A DNA stretch of 32,000 bases, from contig NZ_PGGB02000008.1 of NCBI RefSeq assembly GCF_002803295.2, forward strand, positions 54,797-86,796, given 5' to 3'. The notes beneath the pieces were generated by a model that saw only the letters and a program-made list of their open reading frames with translations, made no database searches and was not told the DNA's origin. The stretch is from Caedibacter taeniospiralis. Its GTDB lineage: Bacteria > Pseudomonadota > Gammaproteobacteria > Francisellales > Francisellaceae. Below, piece by piece: positions 1 to 7,665 of the stretch. Every line of letters begins with the position of its first letter. Positions within the stretch are counted from its first letter, which is position 1. Both the position numbers and the translations under genes were made by a program.

Positions 1-199
1 CAGCAATAATCCCATCCACCTTAATTAAGGCTATATGATCATTGGTCACGTCTGTTTTACTGCTAAACTCGCTAAATAGCAATCCAATAATGGCGATAGC
101 AACAGCCAACCAGCAAAAGCGCCAAAATATGCGCCAGCGACGCGCTCGGCGCTGTTCCAGAATATAAGCATCTGCAATACGCTTTAAATGTTTCGACAT
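1..199 (-). CDS. S49-family signal peptide peptidase (SppA 36K-type / SohB-like), N-terminal 66 codons only; continues past the left edge
   Basis: The reverse strand reads ATG (197-199) MSKHLKRIADAYILEQRRARRWRIFWRFCWLAVAIAIIGLLFSEF..HIALIKVDGIIA with no stop to position 1. An AAGGAA SD lies 6 nt upstream. The EQRR.RRW + TM + 'H.AL..V.G.I' layout matches my recollection of 36K-type SppA N-termini. Confidence 0.6.
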   Translation of the reverse strand, partial: MSKHLKRIADAYILEQRRARRWRIFWRFCWLAVAIAIIGLLFSEFSSKTDVTNDHIALIKVDGIIA

Positions 200-287
200 A
201 AAAAATTCCTTATTGTGAAGAGATTGTTGGAGTTATTACACACGGGTGGCTTATGGTAGAGGAAATAAGAAAAAAATGCAGCAGGAT

Positions 288-2063
288 TTACGCTTTGTTA
301 CCTAAAACAGTTTGAATGGCCAGCTCCTTAAGCTGTGCACTGGAAACTTCTGCAGGTGCTTCAGTCATCAAACAGCTTGCGGTTTGCGTTTTGGGGAAGG
401 CGATAACATCGCGAATATTGGTTGTGTGTGTAATGAGCATCGTTAAGCGATCTAAACCAAACGCAATACCGCCATGAACGGGTGCTCCATATTGCAGGGC
501 ATCCAATAAGAAACTGAATTTTTCTTTGGCTTCTTCTTCAGTAATGCCTAGTAGACCAAATACCATTTGCTGCATTTTCTGATCATGAATGCGTATTGAG
601 CCACCACCTACTTCATAACCATTAATTACCATATCATACGCCCGCGATAAGGCGTTCTCTGGATAAGCTTTTAGCGCATCTACCGAATCTACTTTGGGTG
701 CGGTAAATGGATGATGCAAAGCATAATACCTGCCATCGGCTTCTTCAAACATCGGAAAATCAATCACCCAAAGTGGCGCCCACGCCTTAGTGTAAAGTTT
801 CAAATCCTCACCGATTTTCACTCTAAGCGCACCCATTGAGTCGTTGACAACGTTGACCTTTCCTGCCCCAAAGAAAATAATATCGCCATCATTGGCACCC
901 GTAATCTCCAGCACTTGCGATAATGCGGCTTCTGAAAGATTCTTCACAATCGGCGATTGCAAACCCTCTCTGCCTTGAGACTTGTCATTGACTTTGATAT
1001 ACGCCAAGCCCTTGGCCCCATAAATACCAACAAAGTTAGCGTAATCATCGAGCATTTTGCGTGTCAACAGTGCATTGCCATCGGGCAAGCGCATTGCGAT
1101 GACCCGAGACTTATCATCATTTGCAGGAATCGAGAATACTTTAAAATCCTCATTTTTCATAATGCTTTTCACATCAACGAAATAAAGCGGGATACGTAAA
1201 TCAGGTTTATCTGAACCATATTTACCCATCGCCTCGGCGTAAGTGATGACGGGTAAACTTTGAGGAAAATCCACGTTTGCCACCTGCTTGAATAACGCAT
1301 GGATCATTTTTTCCATAATCGACATAAGCCTTTCTTCATCAATAAATGATGCTTCAATATCAATCTGGGTAAACTCAGGCTGTCTGTCAGCGCGCAGATC
1401 TTCATCGCGAAAACATTTGACGATCTGATAATAGCGATCAAATCCTGAAATCATAAGTAACTGTTTGAATAACTGTGGAGATTGCGGGAGAGCATAAAAC
1501 TTACCGTGATGATTTCTACTTGGCACCAGATAGTCGCGCGCGCCCTCGGGCGTTGCCTTGGTGAGAAAAGGTGTTTCAATATCTAAAAATCCATGCTCAT
1601 CCAGGTAGCGACGAACAAATTGTGAAATGCGCGCACGCTGCATCAGACGGTTTTGAATCTCAGGGCGACGTAAATCAATATAACGATACTTCAACCGCAC
1701 ATCTTCACCAACATGTTGATGCTCATCCAGCTGAAAGGGGATTGTTTTTGCCTGATTGATCAGTATCAAATCCTGACCGATAATCTCTATTTTACCGCTT
1801 GTCAGATTTGAGTTTTCCTGACCTTCCGGGCGCATTTTAACAAGTCCTTTGGCCTTAATAACGTATTCATGACGCACATGATCCGCTAATTTAAACACTT
1901 CCTGATTTTCTGGCTCATAAACCAGCTGAACCAGACCCGTTCGATCACGAATATCCAGGAAAATCACCCCCCCATGATCTCGACGCCTATGCACCCACCC
2001 GCAAATTTCGACGATTTGACCGACAAGAGTTTCATTAACTTCTGAGCTGTAATGACTACGCAT
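288..2063 (-). CDS. aspS: aspartate--tRNA ligase
   Basis: The 605-aa ORF carries canonical AspRS sequence ([61 protein letters not shown]). I trimmed the start to the ATG at 2061-2063 (MRSHY), which matches typical AspRS N-termini. The 14 upstream codons are probably not translated. Confidence 0.95.
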   Translation of the reverse strand: MRSHYSSEVNETLVGQIVEICGWVHRRRDHGGVIFLDIRDRTGLVQLVYEPENQEVFKLADHVRHEYVIKAKGLVKMRPEGQENSNLTSGKIEIIGQDLILINQAKTIPFQLDEHQHVGEDVRLKYRYIDLRRPEIQNRLMQRARISQFVRRYLDEHGFLDIETPFLTKATPEGARDYLVPSRNHHGKFYALPQSPQLFKQLLMISGFDRYYQIVKCFRDEDLRADRQPEFTQIDIEASFIDEERLMSIMEKMIHALFKQVANVDFPQSLPVITYAEAMGKYGSDKPDLRIPLYFVDVKSIMKNEDFKVFSIPANDDKSRVIAMRLPDGNALLTRKMLDDYANFVGIYGAKGLAYIKVNDKSQGREGLQSPIVKNLSEAALSQVLEITGANDGDIIFFGAGKVNVVNDSMGALRVKIGEDLKLYTKAWAPLWVIDFPMFEEADGRYYALHHPFTAPKVDSVDALKAYPENALSRAYDMVINGYEVGGGSIRIHDQKMQQMVFGLLGITEEEAKEKFSFLLDALQYGAPVHGGIAFGLDRLTMLITHTTNIRDVIAFPKTQTASCLMTEAPAEVSSAQLKELAIQTVLGNKA

Positions 2064-2191
2064 TTTTATCCTTTGATCCTTAAATATTTTCTTTTGGTTT
2101 TTCAAGCAACGCCTGCCTACCTTACTGGAGTTAATCTTGGGAGAACGAATGGCAGCAAGTGACGATCAGATTTGCCTAAACTATTCGATGG

Positions 2192-2902
2192 CTACGTTAA
2201 TTTTTTAAGTTCAGCCTTAGCCTTTACTGCAACCTCATGCTGAGGATACTTGTCAACAACCTGCAGCAAATGATTTTTTGCAGCTTTCACATCTCCTTTA
2301 CTGAGCTCAAGCAACGCCAAAGCATAAGTAGCATCTGCGATTTTAATGCTTCTGGGGTAACGGGTGACGATGGTTTTGAACTGCTCATACGCAAGATCAA
2401 TCTTACCATCGATCAAGTAAACCTGACCTAGTAGATATAATGATTCAGAGTAATGCTCGCCATTGTAGTAGGCTTTTAAATACTGCTTCAACATGGTTTC
2501 AGCTTCTGAGTAGTTTTTGGCTAATAGTGCGCTATTTGCCTTATCAAAAGCGGCATTATCCTGCTGCAACTTTAGTGCTTGCGGCGATGGCTTATTCACC
2601 TCTTCTTGAAGTGCAGCTATTTGCTTTTCAAACTGTGCAAGCTTATTGGCAACAACATCATTGAGCTGATTAATCTTATAGGCGTTAAGCTCAACTTTCC
2701 CTCTTAAATCACTCAGTTGCTGCGTGAAAGCCTGACTGCCTGACTGACTCTGCTGAGTGATCAGATACTGTACCTGGTTATTGAGCTTGGCAGTTTGAAG
2801 TTGCAAGCTCTGTACATCGGTGCTTATATCAGCAAAAGAGGCAGAGGGCAGGAAAATCGCCGCAATAATGACCCGTTTAATTTTTGTGTTTACTTTAACC
2901 AC
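2192..2902 (-). CDS. cpoB: cell division coordinator CpoB (YbgF), Tol-Pal-associated periplasmic TPR protein
   Basis: It sits directly downstream of pal. It has a signal peptide (KIKRVIIAAIFLPSASFA), an N-terminal coiled coil and a C-terminal TPR region (YLLGQVYL.., DKYPQHEVAVKAKAEL). The tracked ORF start (3067) runs through pal. I chose the GTG at 2900-2902, which has AGGTGG 5 nt upstream. GTGs at 2908 and 2911 are alternatives. Confidence 0.8.
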   Translation of the reverse strand: MVKVNTKIKRVIIAAIFLPSASFADISTDVQSLQLQTAKLNNQVQYLITQQSQSGSQAFTQQLSDLRGKVELNAYKINQLNDVVANKLAQFEKQIAALQEEVNKPSPQALKLQQDNAAFDKANSALLAKNYSEAETMLKQYLKAYYNGEHYSESLYLLGQVYLIDGKIDLAYEQFKTIVTRYPRSIKIADATYALALLELSKGDVKAAKNHLLQVVDKYPQHEVAVKAKAELKKLT

Positions 2903-2915
2903 TTTCACCACCTGA

Positions 2916-3581
2916 TCAACCACAGCTTTGACCAAACTCAAGCTCAGCACGACGATCCAGATAATAGGCGTGTTGCTCAGCTTTTGCCTTACATACATTA
3001 TTTTCAACACCATTACACATCTGTGCATAAAACTGTGAAGGAGCCGCCACTGGCTGAGATTTACCATAACTTACTGTACATATCTGGTTTACATTAACCC
3101 CTTGCTGCAATAGATATTGTCGTACACCATCAGCACGACGTTGCCCAAGGTTTAAGTTATATTTTTCACTTCCACGCGGATCGGTGTGTCCAGCCAGGCG
3201 AAGCGGCTGCTTATATTTTACTAAATAAGTTGCCACTTGATTGAGGCAATTTTTAGCATCATCGGCTAATGCCGTGCTGTTAAACTCAAAGTAAACCGTT
3301 TTGCATGCCGACATGCCCTGCAGGGTCGCCATCATTGCTTGTTGCTCTTGCGCTGAGTATTGATCAATATTGGCAATCTGACTTTGCAGTTCTGCAATAC
3401 TCTGGCTGTCTAACGCCCCAGTCTCAACCAAACCATTCGTCTTGGCACCTAATCCCGTACCACCTTCAGGTCCAATTCCCTCGATGGGAGATTGAGGCTG
3501 CGAAGCACATCCTGCCATAAGCACAATAGATAAAAGACTGGTTGCCGTTAATAATTTTTTCTTTGTTTGCTTGTTGGTCAT
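2916..3581 (-). CDS. pal: peptidoglycan-associated lipoprotein Pal (OmpA-like C-terminal domain)
   Basis: Lipobox LMAGC after MTNKQTKKKLL. OmpA-like domain (YFEFNS..L, RLAGHTDPRGSEKYNLNLGQRRADGV, SYGKSQP, DRRAELEF). Position between tolB and cpoB. Confidence 0.9.
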   Translation of the reverse strand: MTNKQTKKKLLTATSLLSIVLMAGCASQPQSPIEGIGPEGGTGLGAKTNGLVETGALDSQSIAELQSQIANIDQYSAQEQQAMMATLQGMSACKTVYFEFNSTALADDAKNCLNQVATYLVKYKQPLRLAGHTDPRGSEKYNLNLGQRRADGVRQYLLQQGVNVNQICTVSYGKSQPVAAPSQFYAQMCNGVENNVCKAKAEQHAYYLDRRAELEFGQSCG

Positions 3582-3650
3582 AGTGATTCCTTATTTATCT
3601 CTAAATTAATTTTGGTGCTTTTCTTATTGTCTTATCGTTTCAGCCTTGGG

Positions 3651-4967
3651 TCACACCGCAGGTGACCATGCAGGAGACTGGATTGCGCCTTGGGTATTAG
3701 ATGGTAAGCTAATTTGAACCTTGCCGTCAATGGACACCATTGCAAGATTTGCTCCCCCTGATTCCTGACCTTTGGCATAAATAATCATATTGCCATCAGG
3801 AGACACGCTTGGAGAGGCATCCATTACCCCATTTGTCAGCACGGTAATCTTCTTGCTGTTTAAATCAACCTTGGCAATCTGAGTCCCTGAGTTTTGTTGA
3901 TACATGAAGACAATGCTCTGCCCATTAGGGGTATATTGTGGGTCAAATGCCTGTTTAGCGCCATAAGTGAGGCGCTCTGAGGATGGATATTTGCTGCTAA
4001 GATCGGTGGTGTAAATTTGCGGGTTCCCACCACGATCAGAAACAAAGGCAAGCTCTTTTCCTGAAGGTGAAAAGGCAGGGGCGGTATTAATCCCGTTGAG
4101 CGTGAGCTTCTTATAGAGCTTATCGTTAGCCAGATTCATCAAGTAGATATTGCTGTTTTCCGAGTAACCCTGTGATAACGCCATGGCCAAAGTATTTCCA
4201 TCTGGGGAGAAGGCGGGTGAGCTGTTAATGCCCTTATAGCTGGCAATTTTTTTTCTGACACCCGTATACACTTCAATGGTGTAAATTGCCATATTCCCCT
4301 TGCTGTAGCTGACATATGCCAGATATTTCCCATCTTTTGACCAGGCTGGAGACATGATCGGGTCTTTTGTTTGACGCAATAACACATGGGGGTTAAAGCC
4401 ATCATAATCAGCAACGATCAGCTGATAAACTGCTTTTTTAACATTATAGGGATTTTCAACATCAACATATGCAAGCTTAGAGGTAAAGTAACCCTTACTG
4501 CCTGTAATCGCTTCGTATAAAAAGTTACTAATTGTATGTGCCAACAGACGCAGCTGATCTTTTTGCACATTCGTAAACTTACGTGCATTTAATACATTGC
4601 CACTAAGTTTACTCACCAGCTCATAGGTGACATCATAGCGTCCATTACGCTCGTCTATGCTGCCAATGAGGATGTAATCCGACTGCCATTTCGACCAGAT
4701 AATATCCTTGCTACTTTCCACAGACTGTGGGAAACGAGTTGTTTGTGATGCAATCCGCCCAGAATTACGCAAGTCATCGGCGATGATCGCGGCAATTCCA
4801 TCTGGAATTTGCGCATCGCTCACTCTTGCGCCCTTAAATGGCATGACAGCCACAGGAATTTGCTGTGATACGCCCTGAGTAATGTTAATGGTTAATCGTG
4901 CCTGTGCGGATAGTACCGCGATAAATAGCGCAAAAATAATGAGACACAACTGTTTTAATCTATACAT
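3651..4967 (-). CDS. tolB: Tol-Pal system beta-propeller protein TolB
   Basis: Signal peptide ending SAQA. Repeated propeller motifs (SPAWSKDGKYLAYVS, SPAFSPDGNTLA, APAFSPSGKELAFVSDRGG.PQIY). Synteny within the tol cluster. Confidence 0.95.
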   Translation of the reverse strand: MYRLKQLCLIIFALFIAVLSAQARLTINITQGVSQQIPVAVMPFKGARVSDAQIPDGIAAIIADDLRNSGRIASQTTRFPQSVESSKDIIWSKWQSDYILIGSIDERNGRYDVTYELVSKLSGNVLNARKFTNVQKDQLRLLAHTISNFLYEAITGSKGYFTSKLAYVDVENPYNVKKAVYQLIVADYDGFNPHVLLRQTKDPIMSPAWSKDGKYLAYVSYSKGNMAIYTIEVYTGVRKKIASYKGINSSPAFSPDGNTLAMALSQGYSENSNIYLMNLANDKLYKKLTLNGINTAPAFSPSGKELAFVSDRGGNPQIYTTDLSSKYPSSERLTYGAKQAFDPQYTPNGQSIVFMYQQNSGTQIAKVDLNSKKITVLTNGVMDASPSVSPDGNMIIYAKGQESGGANLAMVSIDGKVQISLPSNTQGAIQSPAWSPAV

Positions 4968-4970
4968 ACT

Positions 4971-6071
4971 TTATCCTTCTTGACCAAATCTAAAATCTAT
5001 ACCTTCCGCAATCAGTTTTCTTGCGCCATCATCTGTGGGCATGACGGGCGCCTGCACATTCTTAAATGCCAATAAAAGCGCGCGATCACACTGCGTGCTG
5101 CCGCTTGAGACTGAAATACGAGGAGCATGTCCTGCCATCACCATCACCGTTGGTAGCTTCTGCGCACTTATCTTACGACAATCATCCATTATCCACACAG
5201 CTTCAATTCGCGCTTTATAGGCGCTTGCATAAGCCTGTAATGCCTGATCTGTCGCGCTTTGTGCGCTAGCCCTTGCACTCTGGGCATTCAAGTCACTTAA
5301 TGCAGACTGCCTAAGCGCATTTAACGCCGCCTCACGCGCGGCTTTTGCTGCCGCCTCTTGGGCTTTTTGCTGCACCAGTTTTTCAGCTGCTAACTGTGCT
5401 TCTTTGTTCTTTTTTTCTGCTGCAAGCGCTTTTTGTTTGGCAAGTTCTTGTTGTTCTTTTCTAAGCTTTTCCGCTTGTTTCTGCTTCTGTATTTCTTGCT
5501 TTTTAGCCAGGGCGTTTTGCTTTTCTTCTTGCGCTTTTTTGGCTTCTTGCTCTGCCTTACGCTTTTCTTCTTGCGCTTTTTTGACCTCTTGCTCTGCCTT
5601 ACGCTTTTCTTCCGCCAGCATTGCTACTTTTGCTTCTTCTGCCTGCTTTAATGCTGCCTGACGTTGTAGTTCTGCCTCATGCGCGCGAGCTGTTTTCTCT
5701 TCTATCTCTTTCATCTTTGCTTGATGCTGCTCCTGAGCCAGTTTTTGCTCATAGACCTGCTTTTGCGCTAACTGATAGGCATTTACCTCTTCTTCAAGAT
5801 ACTGAGTTGAAATCGCCGTGGCCTGAACAATTTCAGTGGTATCTACTGTCTTAATCGTTCTCTGACCTGCTAAGTTCAATGTGTTTTTTTTACCTTGCAA
5901 CACACTCGCTAAAATAACTAATCCAATGACAAAAACAACGTGCAGCATAATGGAATAACAAAAGCTTAAACGTTCAGGGGTAGCAGTTGCCGCAACATAT
6001 AGTCTTTTTAAGCGATTATACACGTTAGCACCCAAAACTTGCCTTGAGTTTTGACTACGATTTTGAGTCAT
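4971..6071 (-). CDS. tolA: Tol-Pal system protein TolA
   Basis: N-terminal TM with the S..LH signature (YSIMLHVVFV). Long K/A/E/Q-rich helical domain II. C-terminal TolA domain. Position between tolR and tolB. The ATG at 6071 overlaps the tolR end by 17 nt. An internal TTG or GTG start a few codons downstream cannot be excluded. Confidence 0.85.
   Translation of the reverse strand: MTQNRSQNSRQVLGANVYNRLKRLYVAATATPERLSFCYSIMLHVVFVIGLVILASVLQGKKNTLNLAGQRTIKTVDTTEIVQATAISTQYLEEEVNAYQLAQKQVYEQKLAQEQHQAKMKEIEEKTARAHEAELQRQAALKQAEEAKVAMLAEEKRKAEQEVKKAQEEKRKAEQEAKKAQEEKQNALAKKQEIQKQKQAEKLRKEQQELAKQKALAAEKKNKEAQLAAEKLVQQKAQEAAAKAAREAALNALRQSALSDLNAQSARASAQSATDQALQAYASAYKARIEAVWIMDDCRKISAQKLPTVMVMAGHAPRISVSSGSTQCDRALLLAFKNVQAPVMPTDDGARKLIAEGIDFRFGQEG
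5519..5613. repeat. 42-bp tandem repeat (about 2.3 copies) inside tolA domain II
   Basis: 5519-5560 and 5561-5602 are near-identical (gcttttcttcttgcgctttttt-gg/ga-c-t/c-tcttgctctgccttac). An 11-nt third partial copy follows. They encode EEKRKAEQE(V/A)KKAQ units. Confidence 0.8.
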
Positions 6072-6486
6072 CAGTTACCAATCCCACACTAGCGACACCA
6101 GCCTTTTGTAAAAGCACCATGGCTTCAACTACCTGACCATAGCTTGCCTGTTTATCACCACGAACATATACCTGCTTGTCTTTATCCCGCGTTAATGTGT
6201 CCACAACTAACTGGCTCAACTGGTTCGCTGTTAATGGGGCAGTTTCATCATTTCGGTTAATAAAATATTGACCTTGCTGATTCACCGTTACAATCAAGGG
6301 TTTTTGTTCTGACGGTGGAATTTTCTTAGCCTGTGCCTGTGGTAAATCGACTTTCACACCTTGCGTCAACATCGGTGCGGTGATCATGAAAATAATCAAC
6401 AGCACCAGCATCACATCGATGTAAGGTACCACGTTAATTTCAACCATCGCTTTGTGTTTTGTGCGGCGAGATGCTCTGCGGTGCAT
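6055..6486 (-). CDS. tolR: Tol-Pal system protein TolR (ExbD/TolR family)
   Basis: MVEINVVPYIDVMLVLLIIFMITAPM is the ExbD/TolR TM signature. Size 143 aa. The start overlaps the tolQ stop by 1 nt. Confidence 0.92.
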   Translation of the reverse strand: MHRRASRRTKHKAMVEINVVPYIDVMLVLLIIFMITAPMLTQGVKVDLPQAQAKKIPPSEQKPLIVTVNQQGQYFINRNDETAPLTANQLSQLVVDTLTRDKDKQVYVRGDKQASYGQVVEAMVLLQKAGVASVGLVTDDSKS

Positions 6487-7181
6487 TATGCTTCCTCACT
6501 CAGATTTTGCTTATACGCCTCTCGATATAACAAAGTACAAAGCTCATCCTGAAAGTTTTCATAATCTAATAAAACTGCATCGACGGAGCGTGAATAACGG
6601 TTATAACCAACCACCGCAGGAATAGCGACAAACAAACCAAGTGCTGTTGCAATCAATGCTTCGGCAATATGGGGTGCCACCATGGATAAAGTCGCCTGTT
6701 CAACTCCACCCAATGCAGTAAAAGATGCCATAATTCCCCAAACCGTTCCTAGTAAACCCACGTAAGGCGCAATAGAGCCAATGGTGCCTAAAAGCGAGAT
6801 TTGATGTTCAAGCTTTTCACTCTCCTGCATCATTGCCACACGCATTGAACGCTCAACCCCTTCAAGCACAACATCTCCATGTAAAGTTGCCTGAGCGCGC
6901 AAACGCATAAACTCACGAAAACCACAGCTAAACAAATAGGATAGCCCACGCTTTTTATGCTTATTTTGCTGTAGCTCCTGATAAAGCTTATGAATATTCC
7001 CACTCGACCAGAAGTGTTTTGCAAAAGCCTTGGATTCGATTTTTGCTGACTTAATCACCTGATAACGTTGAATCATAATTGCCCATGACCAAATGGAACC
7101 CAGGATTAAAATTAAGATAATTAATTGCACCACAATATCTGCATTTAATATCAGCTGCCAAAACGATAAATTATTGGTCAC
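6486..7181 (-). CDS. tolQ: Tol-Pal system protein TolQ (MotA/TolQ/ExbB proton channel)
   Basis: 231 aa with three TMs. Conserved LGTIGSIAPYVGLLGTVWGIM and ALIATALGL motifs. First gene of the cluster. Confidence 0.95.
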   Translation of the reverse strand: MTNNLSFWQLILNADIVVQLIILILILGSIWSWAIMIQRYQVIKSAKIESKAFAKHFWSSGNIHKLYQELQQNKHKKRGLSYLFSCGFREFMRLRAQATLHGDVVLEGVERSMRVAMMQESEKLEHQISLLGTIGSIAPYVGLLGTVWGIMASFTALGGVEQATLSMVAPHIAEALIATALGLFVAIPAVVGYNRYSRSVDAVLLDYENFQDELCTLLYREAYKQNLSEEA

Positions 7182-7269
7182 ATCCGTCCCTTAGTCACTA
7201 AATAGAATGAGGCTTATTGTATACCCATCGTAAGTCATTTTACAGACTTTCTGGCATTGAACTTCGGCT

Positions 7270-7334
7270 GATTTTTAAGGATCTCATTTTGACAATAGAA
7301 CTCGCTATTATCTGCAATTCGATCCTTAAAAATC
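7270..7334. repeat. 14-bp perfect inverted repeat (GATTTTTAAGGATC / GATCCTTAAAAATC) with a 36-nt spacer, upstream of tolQ
   Basis: Read directly: 7270-7283 is the reverse complement of 7321-7334. Each arm contains a GATC. The spacer carries TTGACA on the + strand (7289-7294) and TTGCAG on the - strand. Function unknown; it could be an operator, a 5'-UTR stem or nothing. Confidence 0.4.
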
Positions 7335-7549
7335 CCCACGAACTTACTTCCCCATAAAACCCGCAAAATAACTTGCGACGGGTGTATTATGACCACATCA
7401 ATTACCAAAGGGAATTACGGCGAATTTGGCAGCTTCTGCCAGATTTTTATTTTGAGGTTATTCAAGGATGATTATTTTGGCAATAACAATGTCTTCTCCC
7501 ATAATGACGTATTCGTGAGGGCATATTGCATACGCCTTATAAAAGTAGT

Positions 7550-7632
7550 TAGGGTGGATAAGCCGAAGGCGCATCCACCAATACTCAATATTTGCTTTTC
7601 CGCGTGGATGCGCCTTCGGCTTATCCACCCTA
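7550..7632. repeat. REP/BIME-like nested palindrome: two 29-nt arms in inverted orientation, 25-nt loop
   Basis: 7550-7578 (tagggtggataagccgaaggcgcatccac) is the exact reverse complement of 7604-7632. Each arm is itself a hairpin (GTGGAT..GCC-TTC-GGC..ATCCAC). It lies 34 nt downstream of the stop of the 480-aa ORF. Confidence 0.8.
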
Positions 7633-7665
7633 CACTTAGGTATGTTATTAAGCTGGAGATCCCTA

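Noticed and set aside
2919-3050. Apparent Cys-rich C-terminal extension of Pal
   Set aside because: On inspection the segment MCNGVENNVCKAKAEQHAYYLDRRAELEF aligns with the normal end of OmpA-like domains (compare E. coli OmpA ..[25 protein letters not shown] as I recall it). It is a disulfide-loop variant of the domain, not an added module.
2903-3067. N-terminal 55 codons of the tracked cpoB ORF, and similar upstream extensions of aspS (2064-2105), tuf (31251-31262), mnmE (16310-16324) and the endonuclease (14586-14597)
   Set aside because: The cpoB extension overlaps the end of pal. For the others, conserved N-termini and SD spacing favour the downstream starts given in the feature list.
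5035-5854. Several plus-strand ORFs antisense to tolA (for example 5404-5661, 5433-5651, 5621-5854)
   Set aside because: They are low-complexity F/L/S/C-rich translations, the complement of the K/A/E-rich TolA helix. They are typical antisense shadows.
7458-7574. 38-codon minus-strand ORF ending ..CPHEYVIMGEDIVIAKIIILE*, vaguely like the C-terminus of RelE/ParE-type toxins
   Set aside because: Its start codon and first 8 codons lie inside the REP arm. Only about 20 residues carry the vague Y.I..D.I.I..I pattern. No antitoxin partner or N-terminal toxin region is present. This is too little sequence to call even a remnant.
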